Shown: positions 14,711 to 32,858 of the stretch, in pieces
How positions within the stretch are numbered: position 1 is the first letter of the stretch
Layout: every line of letters begins with the position of its first letter
Source of the DNA: the human T2T-CHM13v2.0 reference genome, Homo sapiens
NCBI RefSeq assembly: GCF_009914755.1
Contig: NC_060933.1
DNA length: 64,000 bases
Direction: 5' to 3' (one strand)
The notes under the pieces: model-generated
Databases searched by the model: none
What the model saw: only the letters and a program-made list of their open reading frames with translations
Told to the model about the DNA's origin: nothing
Program-made: the position numbers and the translations under genes

Positions 14711-15245
14711 ACTGCAGAAAGGCAGTGTGGACTATGGAAAATACACTACTCACAAGTGGTTTGATATTGACACATCACTTCCTGTAACTGGAGTTCAATT
14801 CCTTATTATTATAAGGTTCTGTATGTATCTCACATTTTCATCATTCATTAAAACACCAATTAATGATCACTCAGCGTGCACCCAAACCATCAAAGTTAGG
14901 TAAAGTTAAAATAAATATGCATACACATATACAAATTTTAAAATGAAAAATAATCCTTTTTACAAGTATAGGTGATGTTGACATTTGTTTTACATTGTTT
15001 TACATGACACTGTTTACAATTTTTGTAATTTGTCACCATAATGGGTAGTTTGAATCAGATTCCCTCCATTCCCACCCTTTTCTACTAAATTAGGAAATCC
15101 AACTTACAATTATAGATCACAGAAATTTTCATTAAGTGTTTGATGGCTCTTTCTAATAGTTTAGGGTTTCTCTTGGGAAGAGGTAAGTGTGTTCATACGT
15201 GGGAGGAAGAGTTAAATAGGTATATGGCAACCAGGAGGATTGATT

Positions 15246-15645
15246 GTGACCAAGACTATGTGTTTCATAAACCCTGTTTCCTCTTCTTCCTTGATACATA
15301 GCTAGACTACGTTTCCTAACTTCTCTTTAAGTCAGGTGTGGCCCTGTTGCTGAATTTTAGCCAACAGAACTGGGCAAAAGAATGCATTCCACTTCTGGAT
15401 CCAGTTGGTCCATGAAAGCTCCCACAGGTGATCCAGCTAGAGTCCCCAAAGTGAGCTTGGGCATCGTAAAAAGATGACAGTAAAACTAGAAGATGGAAAG
15501 ACACTGGGTCCCTGAATCACTGTTTGTAGGAGAGCCGCCCAACCAGGAACATACTGAACTCTGACGCAAGTGAGAGGTGAATTCCTACTGCGTGAAATCA
15601 CTGAATTTATCTGCCACAGCACCAAACTTTACCTTAAATAATACA
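15246..15645 (+). mobile_element. MaLR solo LTR (MLT1J-like)
   Basis: gctagactacgtttcc...gtcaggtgtggccc...agatggaaagacactgggtccctgaatcactg...ctgaatttat...accttaaataataca. Confidence 0.7.
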
Positions 15646-15990
15646 CATACATTGGAAAATATGTTTTAGCCATAAACAACTGGTTCCACTACAGTACTGA
15701 AAGCATACTCTACCATTGGGAGTATGCAACACTTATTTTAAAAAGAAAAAAAAAAGAAAACCTTTAATTTCAGTTAGATCTAAGAACTTAGCTAAACTCA
15801 AAAAAGCAATCATATGTTACCAAAATCTATACTGCAAAAAACATCAAGAATAATCACTTTGAATCAATTTCTAAGTACGTCCTTAAGGATCATGACATAT
15901 ACATCACAGATAGAAACACTGACATAGCATCTCTCGTTTCATTAAGTATAAAGAAGCAATTTAGATCATCACATTAAAGAATATCGTTTT

Positions 15991-17062
15991 AACCCTGAGA
16001 AACAACCTAAGAAATACCATTCTGGACATAGGAATTGGTATAAGTTTCATGACGAAGACAGCAAGATCAATTGCAGCAAAAGCAAAACCTAATAAACGGG
16101 ATCTAATTTAACTGAAGAGCTTCCGCACAGCAAAAGAAACTATCGACAGAGTGAACAGACAACCTACAGAATGGGAGAACATTTTTGCAAATTATGCATC
16201 TGACAAAGGTCTAATATCTAGCATCTAGAAGGAACTTAAATTTACAAGAAAAAAACATAAAAAAGCAGGCAGAGAACATGGACAATTTTCCAAAGAACAC
16301 ATACATGCGGCCAACAAGTATATGAAGCAAAGCTCAATATCACTGTAAGATAGCATCTCATACCAGTCAGAATGGCTATTATTAAAATGTCAAAAAATAA
16401 CAGGTGCCAGTGAGGTTAAGGAAAGGAAACACTTCTACACTGTTGGTGGGAGTATAAATGAGTTCAATCATTGTGGAATGTAGAGTGGAGATTCCTCAAA
16501 GAGCTAAAAATAGAACTACCATTCAACCCAGCAATCCCATTACTGGGTATGTATCCAAAGGAATATAAATTGTTCTATCATAGAGATACATGCATGAATA
16601 TGTTCTCTGTAGCACTATTCACAATAGCAAAGATATAGTATCAACCTAAACGCCCATCAGTGGAAGACTGGGGTAAGAAAATGTGATACATACACACCAT
16701 GGAATACTATGCAGTCATAAAAAAGAATGAGATCATGTCCTTTGCAGAAACATGGACAGAGCTAAGGGCCATTATCCTTAGCAAGCTAACACAGGAACAG
16801 AAAACCAAATATCGCATGATCTCACTTATAAGTGGGAGCTAAATTATTAGAACACATGGACCCAAAGAGGGGAACAACACACACTGGGGCCTACCAGAGG
16901 ATGGAGAGGAGCCACCCTTTGGAGGAGGGAGAGGAGCACAAAAAATAAGTATTGGGTACTACGCTTAGTACCCGGGTGACGAAATAATCTTTACATCAAA
17001 CCTCTGTGACATGAGTTTACTCATATAACAAACTTGCACATGTACTCCTGAACCCAAAAGTT
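15991..17062 (+). mobile_element. 5'-truncated L1 (L1PA15/16-like), ORF2 end plus 3'UTR
   Basis: ORF2 C-terminal motifs and a 3'UTR reading ggagaggagcacaaaaaataagtattgggtactacgcttagtacc...cacatgtactcctgaacc. Confidence 0.88.
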
Positions 17063-17070
17063 AATATTTT

Positions 17071-17102
17071 ATGTACATACGCATATATATATATACACAT
17101 AC

Positions 17103-17133
<31 letters not shown>
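17071..17133 (+). repeat. (TA)n/(TG)n compound microsatellite
   Basis: atatatatat...gtgtgtgtgtgtgtgtgtgtgtgt. Confidence 0.9.
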
Positions 17134-17134
<1 letters not shown>

Positions 17135-18148
17135 TTTGTACTTATTTGCTCTACCTGTGGTATATTTATTTGACTTCCCAACCTCTGGGTCTTAATTATT
17201 TGTTTTTCTTTTTTAGTAATTTATTTCTGATAGTATTGAAGTTATGGCCAAAAAAAGTCACACACATGCGATCACCAAATCCATTTTTCTAAATTTGGAT
17301 TTTATCATGAATCTACTCAATTTTCAAAAGTCTTCCCTTCATCCCATTTTTTAAATTGTATTTATCTATATTGTCCTCTGGTCCCTGTCCATGTGCATAT
17401 TCAATATTTGCATATCTACCTTAACATCATGGAATCTAATACCTGCATTTTCCATTATCATGATCCTGTGTATTTTGCCACATTTCCTACTTCTTCCCTG
17501 TGAATTGACCTGTTCTTCTTCTCTCCCCTCTCCTCCATCTCTGACCCCAAGCACCCTCCACTGTTTCAATTTCTTCAGTAATTGACACCTCACAGGTAAA
17601 TTCCTGTTAAACTAAATTTAGATCTAATAACAGGGAACTTCTTTTTCTTTCCTTTAAATGTTATATAGCAGTATTTGTAGGACTTACATGTGTTTCAAAG
17701 AAAACTAGGATATGAACACGATTTTGAGTCATTTTTCATGAATGCAGTTGCTGCTCCACAAAACTGTTTGCTCTAAAGCAGGATGGAGTATAAATTGGGC
17801 CTTTCTTTTTATTTTATTATTATTATACTTTAAGTTTTAGGGTACATGTGCACAATGTGCAGGTTAGTTACATATGTATACATGTGCCATGCTGGTGTGC
17901 TGCACCCATTAACTCGTCATTTAACATTAGGTATATCTCCCAATGCTATCTCTCCCCCGACTTCCCACACCCCACAAGAGTCCCCAGAGTGTGATGTTCC
18001 CCTTCCTGTGTCCATGTGTTCTCATTGTTCAATTCCCACCTATGAGTGAGAACATGCGATGTTTGGTTTTTTGTCCTTGCGATAGTTTACGGAGAAGGAT
18101 GATTCCCAATTTCATCCATGTCCCTACAAAGGACATGAACTCATCCTT

Positions 18149-21870
<3,722 letters not shown>

Positions 21871-21918
21871 TTATTTTGCTCGTTAGTTGATGCAGTTTCT
21901 TCCTAGCCTCGATGGTCT

Positions 21919-22890
21919 TTACAATTTGGCATGATTTTGCAGTGGCTGGTACTGGTTGTTCCTTTCCATGTTTAGTGCTTCCTTCAGGAGCTCTTTTAGG
22001 GCAGGCCTGGTGGTGACAAAATCACTCAGCATTTGCTTGTCTGTAAAGTATTTTATTTCTCCTTCACTTATGAAGCTTAGTTTGGCTGGATATGAAATTC
22101 TGGGTTGAAAATTATTTTCTTTAAGAATGTTGAATATTGGTCCCCACTCTCTTCTGGCTTGTAGAGTTTCTGCTGAGACATCTGCTGTTAGTCTGATGGG
22201 CTTCCCTTTGTGGGTAACCCGACCTTTCTCTCTGGCTGCCCTTAACATTTTTTCCTTCATTTCAACTTTGGTGAATCTGACAATTATGTGTCTTGGAGTT
22301 GTTCTTCTCGAGGAGTATCTTTGTGGTGTTCTCTGTATTTCCTGAATCTGAATGTTGGCCTACCTTGCTAGATCGGGGAAGTTCTCCTGGATAATATCCT
22401 GCAGAGTGTTTTCCAACTTGGTTCCATTCTCCCCATCACTTTCAGGTACACCAATCAGACGTAGATTTGGTCTTTTCACATAGTCCCATATTTCTTGGAG
22501 GCTTTGTTCGTTTCTTTTTATTCTTTTTTCTCTAAACTTCCCTTCCCGCTTCATTTCATTCATTTTATCTTCCATCACTGATACCCTTTCTTCCAGTTGA
22601 TCGCATCGGCTCCTGAGGCTTCTGCATTCTTCATGTAGTTCTCGAGCCTTGGCTTTCAGCTCCATCAGCTCCTTTGCCTTTGGTTTGAATTGAACTTCTT
22701 TGCCTTTGGTTTGAATTTCCTCCTGTAGCTCGGAATAGTTTGATTGTCTGAAGCCTTCTTCTCTCAACTCGTCAAAGTCATTCTCCGTCCAGCTTTGTTC
22801 CATTGCTGGTGAGGAACTGCGTTCCTTTGGAGGAGGAGAGGCACTCTGCTTTTTAGAGTTTCCAGTTTTTCTGCTCTGTTTTTTCCCCAT
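21919..22890 (-). pseudogene. L1 ORF1 (RNA-binding/chaperone p40), broken
   Basis: MGKKQSRKTGNSK...QNHAKL, with an in-frame TAG at 22360 and a coiled-coil deletion near 22690. Confidence 0.95.
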
Positions 22891-23629
22891 CTTTGTGGTT
22901 TTATCTACTTTTGGTCTTTGATGATGGTGATGTACAGATGGGTTTTTGGTGTGGATGTCCTTTCTGTCTGTTAGTTTTCCTTCTAACAGACAGGACCCTC
23001 AGCTGCAGGTCTGTTGGAGTTTGCTAGAGGTCCACTCCAGACCCTGTTTGCCTGGGTATCAGCAGTGGTGGCTGCAGAACAGTGGATTTTCATGAACCGC
23101 AAATGCTGCTGTCTGATCATTCCTCTGGAAGTTTTGTCTCAGAGGAGTACCCGGCCATGTGACGTGTCAGTCTGCCCCTACCGGGGGGTGCCTCCCAGTT
23201 AGGCTGCTCGGGGGTCAGGGGTCAGGGACCCACTTGAGGAGGCAGTGTGCCCATTCTCAGATCTCCATGTGCGTGCTGGGAGAACCACTGCTCTCTTCAA
23301 AGATGTCAGACAGGGACATCTAAGTCTGCAGAGGTTTACTGCTGTCTTTTTGTTTGTCTCTAAGTTGGGCCTTTCTGTACCCCTCATGAGAGGCCTTGGT
23401 CACTAATGTTTAACAGGACTTTGTTATAGAGCTCTCTGGCATGGACTTCATAGGCAGAATAAGAGAAATTTCAGGTTATTAACACCTCCTGCCTTTTGGT
23501 TTATGTTTATTTCTAGGTATAAAGTGGCAGGTACACAAAACCTCATGGGAAGATTAATGGACCCAGGTACTCGGACAGTGCAGGGTGGTATGTCAGTTGG
23601 TAAACTTCAGTCTTCCTCACTGTAACATT

Positions 23630-23850
23630 TTAGCGCAGCATAGTTTTTAAGAGCTCAGCCTCTGGAGCCAGGCTGCACAGGTCTGAATGCCAACTATGTC
23701 ACTTATAAAACCCTTTGCTCCTCTGTATCTTTATCAGTAAGCTGAACCTAACAGTACAGCTTACCTCATAGAGGTGTTAGAAGGATTAAATGAGAAAACT
23801 TACATACATAGCTTACAATAGTGTCTGCTCTCTCATGGGTATTAGAAAAA
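23630..23850 (+). mobile_element. MIR
   Basis: gcagcatagtttttaagagctcagcctctggagccagg...cctcatagaggtgttagaaggattaaatgag. Confidence 0.7.
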
Positions 23851-24109
23851 TGTCCTTTAAACAGCAACATTGTAAATACTGAATAATGACTTTCTTTTTG
23901 CAAAAGAGAAGTCCCCAAATTGGCAAATAATACTATAGCATTCCCACAGCACTGACTGTATGAAAACAATGTCAATTACTCAAAGCCAGGTTGCAAATGG
24001 ATGGCCTGCAGTTTGGCTCCTAGAAGTGTTTGGTTTGGCCAGCATACATTTGTAGCTGGTTCTGCTTTTCTGGTTTACACTGACTGATACTGTCTAAGGG
24101 AGATCTAGT

Positions 24110-24290
24110 TCCAGAAAAACAGACATGCTTTGGAACAAGACAGAGCTGGTTAGAATGCTGGTTTTACCACTTATGTCACCTTGGACATGTTTATTAACTT
24201 TTCTGGGCTTCATTCTCCCTTATCTGCATCTCTGGAAAATATCCCTTTCACAGGACCATTGTGCCTGGCTCACAATGCATATTCAATATT
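24110..24290 (+). mobile_element. MIR fragment
   Basis: gctttggaacaagacagagctggttagaat...accttggacatgttt...ctgggcttca. Confidence 0.55.
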
Positions 24291-24494
24291 AGTGTTGTCT
24301 CTTTTTCCCTCTTAACATGTCTCAGTAAGTTGTAAGCAAATCCACTGTGCTTAATTTTGTACTAAAACACAATATATATACAGTCCAGTCTGTTTTAAGC
24401 TTTCATTTGCTCACTTGTTTGTTTAGCCAAAAATATGTCTTAAAGGCCCAATAGGGGATGGATAAAACTGAGAAATGATATCAGAAAGAATAAC

Positions 24495-24717
24495 TTTGGA
24501 GACTGTCTGTGTTGAAGTCCCAGTTATGCTACTGACTGGCTGTGTGACCTTAGGCATGTTACTTGACCTCTCTGTGTCTGAATTTCCTCATCTATAAAAT
24601 GATGATTACAGTTATATCTACCTCTTAGGGTTGTTGTGAGGATTAAATGATTTAATACACATGGTACTCTGTACAGTGCCTGGAACAGTATGGGGAGCTT
24701 TATACAAGTATTGGCTG
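24495..24717 (+). mobile_element. MIR
   Basis: tgtgtgaccttaggcatgttacttgacctctctgtgtctgaatttcctcatctataaaat...acagtgcctggaacagta. Confidence 0.85.
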
Positions 24718-24808
24718 TCATCATTCTTCCTCCTTTTCTTCCTCCTCCACCTCCTTCTTTTCTGCTTCTCCTCCTCCTCCATCACAATCATCATCATCAT
24801 TATCATCT
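24718..24808 (+). repeat. (TCC)n/(ATC)n low-complexity tract
   Basis: tcctcctcc...atcatcatcattatcatc. Confidence 0.85.
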
Positions 24809-24848
24809 TTCAATTCAGTGCCACATATAGTAGTACGATTGAAAGTAA

Positions 24849-26199
<1,351 letters not shown>

Positions 26200-27002
26200 T
26201 AATCTCATTTCAAAGATCGAGTGTTGAAAGAGGAACAAGAACGATTATTTCTATGAAATAAGTACTATTTTTACTCTCAAAACTTTACAAAAAAGCTTCT
26301 CATTCAGCCCAAAATGAATTTAACATGTTCCACTCTAAACTTGTTTGAGTTTTAAGAGTGCCAGTGCCTAGGTGTGCTTCTTTTACCTAGTTGGGTAGAG
26401 AGTGCGTAAGAAGGAATGGACCTTGGAGGGAGGGTTAAGGAGATGAAATGGCATCCATGGCAAGTTTGTTGGCCAAACACTTTTTGAATACAAGTATGTG
26501 CAATACTGTGTCAAGTGTTAAAACACATTAGGGGTAGTTTGAGGACACAGACAAAATAAAAGTTATACTAATCATACACTTTCCTAAAAACATATGCTGA
26601 TACATTTTGAATTATCTACTATGTAGTCAGAAAGTTATCAGCTCAAGAAGTAATTACTCATTCTTCCCACATTTACATTTTGTGTAGTCTGGAAAGTGAT
26701 TCATTCACACAAATTAATAAATGTTTCTGGCCTGAGACTGTCATCAGAATGAGCAAATTGAACTGTCTACTGATAGTTTCCATGAGAAATGACCTAAATC
26801 CCTGTGTTTGCACACTGTGATTTCAGCACAAATGAAAGTGTGAAAGAGTCACCTCAAAGGAAGAAAATAAGCAAATGAAACTCTGGCTCTTATTCTGAAA
26901 ACACTCTTTAAAAATTTTAAAGGAAAATGGAGTTTTAAGATGAGAAATATTAGGTGACTTGGTTAAAGACAAAGCTTATCATGTAAGGAAAATATATGGA
27001 TT

Positions 27003-27806
27003 TGCATGTGTCTTTACAGTAGAATGGTTTATAATCCTTTGGGTATATACCAGAAATGGGATTGCTGGGTCAAATGGTATTTCTGGTTCTAGATCCTTGA
27101 GGAATAGCCACACTGTTTTCTACAATGGTTGAACTAATTTACACTCCCACCAACAGTGTAAAAGCTTTCCTATTTCTCCACATCCTCTCCAGTATCTGTT
27201 GTTTCCTGACATTTTAGAGATCGCCGTTCTAACTGGTGTGAGATGGTATCTCATTGTGGTTTTATTTGCATTTCTCTAATGATCAGTGATGATGAGCTCT
27301 TTTTCATATGTTTGTTGGCCACATAAAAGTCTTCTTTCGAAAAGTTTCTGTTCATATCCTTCACCCACTTTTTGATGGGTTTTTTTTTCTTATAAATTTA
27401 AGTTCCTTGTAGATTCTGGATATTAGCCCTTTGTCAGATGGACAGACTGCAAAAATTTTCTCCCATTCTGTAGGTTGCCCATTCACTCTGATGATAGTTT
27501 CTTTTGCTGTGCAGAAGCTCTTTAGTTTAATTAGATCACATTTGTCAATTTTAGCTTGTGTTGTCATTGCTTTTCATGTTTTATTCATGAAGACTTTGCT
27601 CATGCCTATGTCCTAAATGGTATTGCCTAGGTTTTCTTCTAGGATTTTTATGGTTTTAGGTCTTACATTGAAGCCTTTAATCCATCCTGAGTTAATTTTT
27701 GCATAAGGAGTAAGGAAGGGGTCCAGTTTCAGTTTTCTGCATATGGCTAGCCAGTTTTCCCAACACCACTTATTAACTAGGGAATCATTTCCCCATTGCT
27801 TGTTTT
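27003..27806 (-). mobile_element. L1PA7-like internal ORF2 fragment lacking 3'UTR and poly(A)
   Basis: ORFs 27361-27567 and 27613-27855 match L1 ORF2 ([20 protein letters not shown]). Both ends are truncated. Confidence 0.9.
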
Positions 27807-30276
27807 GCAAAATGTTTTGCAGAAAAAAAAAATGACTTAAAATGTACAAAACCATTTCTCTAACTTACATCAAGGACTAACTCATGAACCTAAGGCTACC
27901 TTAGACAGTTCTCATGGGATGTTCTCTTTATCAGTAGTTGAGTTGGGTACAGAAGCTAAGCAAGGAGATGAAGGCATAGCTTCCAGTATAAAATAAAGTG
28001 TTGATTTTTAAAATCCAGCTGTTTATCACAATGCTATACATCTGGTAACTGAGATTAGGATGAAAATGCTTTTCCTTAAAATTTTATAAATCAAACAGCC
28101 AGTTTCTATAAAAATTCATTTTTCTTAAATAAAAGGATTAAGACACCATAAAAACACCATGCTGCTAACAATTACAGACCGCATTTCTGAGATAAATAAT
28201 ACATCTCTTACATATTTCATCATTTTAAATGAGAAAATATGTTTAATTTAAAAATAATTATGTTCAATTTTTTCATAAAAGTTATTTCTCACTGTAATTC
28301 CTAGTCATATTTAACTTTCTAATTTAACTCTACCAAAGATATAATTTAAATGTCATTGATGATCACTGTATAACAAAGTGATAGCCAAGTTCACAAACCA
28401 AAATTAAAGAACATCTTGAGATCTTTGATAGTGTGTCCCATCAAATTGGTCATTATCTCCTAAAGTGATTTTTGGCACAAGAGATAAATGTGATATCCAG
28501 AATGTATCTTGTAACAGATATTGCATATCATTTGGCTAATTCATCAGTGGGAAATTTGGCACTGCATAGTATAGTACTATAAATTCTCCACACAGTAATG
28601 AATAATGTAATTACAGAAACTCTTTGAATCAGATATTGTTCAAAATGAAGATGAACTTTAAAGTATTTCTGAATATGTCATATAAAACCAGTTGGTCTTT
28701 TTAATGCTTTTCAACAGATCTTCCTTGCCCTTTTGAAAACTCAATATAAAAGAACATAGACAGTTGCTATATTTCAATCTCTTTTACTTTTATCCTTGGC
28801 CCCATACAGCTTAACTTCACTTTTATTTTTTTCCTTAACTGCTCCAAATTATGCTGAGCTATTCTTTGATGAGAGTGGTTTCCTTGTCCCCCAAATCCTT
28901 CTTAGTTCTACAGTTAACCCCTAGAGTGATGAATCCTCCATTATAGGAGCAAGGAAGGAGAGAAGGAGCTGACAGAGTAGGGCCGGAATTATTTCAATTC
29001 TGTTCAATTTTTTCTTCCATCTCTAGCCCTGGAGGGGAAGAGGAAAGAGAACTGGAAAAGAAGATTAACGTTGTGCAGGTGTTTTGCCAAAGAACAGGGT
29101 AGACAGAACACTGTTTACCTATTCATCTGTATTTTTATCTAGCATACCTGCCTGATAACAATTGACACTCACCTTAGCTGGAACTGATTACTAAATAATA
29201 GTGTAAAACGGTATGTCTAGAGTAAAGGGAACAGCAAGAGTACAACTTGCTGCAGTTTTAAATTCTATTTTGAACAAAACATTCACAAAAAATATCAATA
29301 ATTTAGGTACTGAAAAGTATTTGAAACAATGAATGAAATACTAGGCTTTCATCCTTTACCCACCAAAAACAGGAATATAAGTCAATGGAAAATATTCCTG
29401 CAGTGGAACATTTACAAGCAGTTGTTGGTGTTGGTATTCTTAAGAATAAACAGTTCAAATTGCCCTGCAAAGGCCAAGTTTGGTTTGCGTTAATTAACAT
29501 TGACTACTTGTGAGACCAGCTTCCAAGAGTTTACTTAGATCTTTGAAGTCAATCAAAATAAAATATCCTACTTGCATTAATGTAATGAACATTTAGAAAC
29601 AGAAAAGAATATGAAAGTTTCCTAAATTCATCAAAAGTAGTGCTATTAACACAAGAATGGTTCTCATGGCCAAAATAGCATCTCTAAATAATTATATCAT
29701 ATCTGCTAAACTATATACTATAATTCTCCCATTTGTTGTCCCATTTTTCAAGTTAAAAATTGAGATGGTCAGGGACACATAAACATAAAGGTAACCCTCT
29801 GTGCTTTTCAAATTATTATGAAGTTTTATCACATATTTTGGAAAACTGGAACCTAAAACATCTCCAGCTGCACGAACCTCAAGACTTTAATAGCAGTCCA
29901 TGCAACTATTTACTTGTGATGAACTTAAGTGAATAGTGAAGTCTTAGCCCATCCAGACACAATGTAAATCATGAGACTTTGATCACTTTAATTATTCATA
30001 TTCCATAGCTAGAAATGGAATTCTGGCCAATGGGAGAATGGGAAAGAGTAATTAGCAAATAGATGCCTCGTTTATATTATGTACCATGATTGCTAAAAGT
30101 GCTTGCTTTTTAAGGAATAAGCTTTTCACTTCTATATGAGGAAATGAATGTGTGTTGGCATTTTTATAAGCAAAATGATTTCTTAAATCTTAACACTCAG
30201 ATGAGGAAACCAATTCCAAAAATGATTTTATGAGTTAAAACATAAAACCAAAGAAAGGAGCTTTACATGAAAAATG

Positions 30277-30364
30277 GAAGGAGGTGGGAGAGAGGCAATG
30301 AGGGGGTGGGGGGAGAAGAGGGGGTAGGGAGAGGGGGAAGGAGGGAGGGAGAGAGAGAGAGAGA
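30277..30364 (+). repeat. G/A-rich polypurine tract ending in (GA)n
   Basis: ggaaggaggtgggagagagg...ggggg...gagagagaga. Confidence 0.85.
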
Positions 30365-30582
30365 CTGACTTCTTTTCTTCTCTATCAAATTAATTGGACC
30401 AAAAGGAAATAAAAATTTCAAAGTCATCTCAAACAAAACAATACCAGGTATTGGAGCCCATCTTATTTTTTCTGTAACATCTGCCAAATATTGGCACACC
30501 AAAAACAGCAGTAAGCTTGGCAAAATTTGAGAGAGAGGCAAAGAGCACCTGCTGATAGAGACAGAGGGGAAGTTATCTGTGG

Positions 30583-30921
30583 CAGGCGCTGCAAACTACT
30601 GCCCACAGGCCAAATCCAGCCTGCTGCCTCTTTTTGTCTGGTCCATGAGCTAAGAATGGTTTTACATTATTAAATAGTTGGAAAAAATCAAAAGAAGAAT
30701 GTTTCATGGTACATGAAAATTATATGACATTTAAATGTCAATGACCGTCAATAAAGTTTTATTGGAATACAGCCATGCTCATTCATTTACATTCTGTCTA
30801 TGGCTGCTTTTACATTATAATGGCAGAATTGAGACCTTGTAGCAGAGACCATATGGCACACAAAGCCTAAAATACTTCCTAGCTGGGCTTGTCCTCTACA
30901 GACAAAGTTTGCCAACTTCTG
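30583..30921 (+). mobile_element. MER58B-like hAT-Charlie element
   Basis: caggcgctgcaaactactgcccacaggccaaatccagcctg...aataaagttttattggaatacagccatgc...aaagtttgccaacttctg. Confidence 0.8.
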
Positions 30922-30955
30922 CTTTAGGGAATCCCAAGGGTACATTTCCCAGGAC

Positions 30956-31452
30956 AGAGGTCCCTAACCCCGTTAGGAACTGGGCGGCACAGCAGGAGGT
31001 GAGCGTCAGGGGACCCAAAGGAGCTTCACCCGTATTTACAGCCACTCCCCATGGCTCACATTACTGCCTAAGCTCCGCCTCCTGTCAGATCAGCTGCAGC
31101 ATTAGGTTCTCATAGAAGCAGGAACCCTTTTGTGAACTATACATGTGAGGGATCTAGGTTGCGCACTCTTTATGAGTATCTAATGCCTGATGATCTGTCA
31201 CTGTCTCCCATCACCCCCGGATGGGGCTGCCTAGTTGCAGGAAAACAAGCTCAGGGCTCTCACTGATTCTACATTCTGGTGAGTTGTATAATTATTTCAT
31301 TATATATTACAATGTTATAATAAAAATAAAGTACACCATAAATGTAATGCACTTGAATCATCCTTAAACCCTCCCTGACCCACTCCCTGGTCTGTGGGAA
31401 AACTATCTTTCACAAAACCGGTCCCTGGTGCCCAAAAGGTCAAGGATCACTG
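30956..31452 (+). mobile_element. MER1A hAT-Charlie element
   Basis: gttaggaactgggcggcacagcaggaggtgagc...gctccgcctcctgtcagatcag...ggtccctggtgcccaaaaggt...cactg. Confidence 0.88.
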
Positions 31453-31644
31453 CCCTGGAGCATTTCTCAGTCCTATACTGACTCCTTCTGGTACCCTTCC
31501 TTACTTCCAAGAGGCCCCAGAGTTTTGACCCATTTAAAGTTCCTTTGTAAGAAGTTCTCTTTCCTATCAAACAACCTCAAGAGTAGGATACAGTTGCCCA
31601 AGAACAAGATATTGTTGTTCTCTACACAGTTGGCACGTGGACTT

Positions 31645-32039
31645 TGTCTTAATGTGTTCTGGCTGCTATCACAAAACACCATGGATTGGATGGCTCACAC
31701 AACAGAAATCTGCTTCTTACAATTCGGGAGGATGAAAAGGGAAAGTCTAAGGTCAAGGTGCCACCCAATTCAGTTTCCAGTGAGGGTTCTCTTACTGCTT
31801 TATAGAGGGACATCTTCTGGCTGTGTTCTCACGTGGCAGAGACAGAGAACGTAAGAAGGCATACACTCTGGTGTCTCTTCATTATCTTAAGAGGGAACCA
31901 GCTCAATTGGATTAGGGCTCCACCCTATGACCTCTTTTAACTTTTATCACCTCTTGCAGGCCCTATTTCCAAATACAGTCACGTTGAGGGTTAGGGCTTG
32001 AGCATATGAATTTTGGGGTAACACAGTCATTCCCTGGCA
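31645..32039 (-). mobile_element. MaLR solo LTR (MLT1A/A0-like)
   Basis: tgtcttaatgtgttctggctgctatcacaaaacacc...ccaaatacagtcacgttgagggttagggct. Confidence 0.8.
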
Positions 32040-32390
32040 GACTTTTCCTTTTTGAGGGTGTTGCTCCTATTCATGATTAGAAATCAGACAGGTAGAAAAA
32101 AAATACAGTACATTCAAGCTAGTCACTGCTTTCCAAAGCCTTGCAGGAATCTCAGAGTCATTAACCGTGATCTCTAAGCCTTGACTGTTTCTCAATGGTA
32201 CCTAGAAGGTTCACTGATGTTCTGCTTCCTTTTTCTATTCCAGAAGATAAAACCCTTTGAAATTCATTCTTTCTTTCATTTGTTACTGTTCTTTTATATG
32301 ATTGTGTTTTTTTTTTTTTTAAATAGGAAGAGTAGTAACTTTCTCCATGGGTCCTGTACTAAAGACAGTAATGCCAATTCAAAGTTTCAG

Positions 32391-32858
32391 TGTCCCATAT
32401 ATTCGTTTCCTAGGGCTGTGTAACAAAATGCCACATATTAGGTGGCTTAAAACAATAGAAATTTACTGTCTCATAGTTTGAGAGGCTAGAAGTCCAAGAT
32501 CAGGGTGTTGTTGGGAGGGCTGATTCCTTCTGAAGGCTGTTTGAGAGAATCTGTTCTGGGTTTCTCTCCTATCTTCTGGTGATATGCTGGCAATCTTTGG
32601 CATGCCTTGGCTTGCAGAAGTATCGCCTTGATTTCTGCCTTCACATGACATTCTCCCTATATGTGTGTCTATGTTCAAATTTACCCTTTTTATAAGAACA
32701 TCAGCTACTGGAATTAAGGGCCCATTCTACTTAGGTGTGACCTCATCATTTTTACTTCACTCATTATATCTGCAATGATCCGATTTCCAAATAAGGTCAC
32801 GTTCTGAGGTACTGTGGGTTAGGACTTCTTTTTGGGAGACACACTTCAACCCATAACA
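32391..32858 (-). mobile_element. MaLR solo LTR (MLT1C-like)
   Basis: tttcctagggctgtgtaacaaaatgccaca...ttccaaataaggtcacgttctgaggtactg...ttcaacccataaca. Confidence 0.85.

Noticed and set aside
23199-23387. Functional L1 antisense promoter or ORF0
   Set aside because: The 5' truncation removes most of the region carrying ORF0 and the antisense start sites, and many CpGs have decayed.
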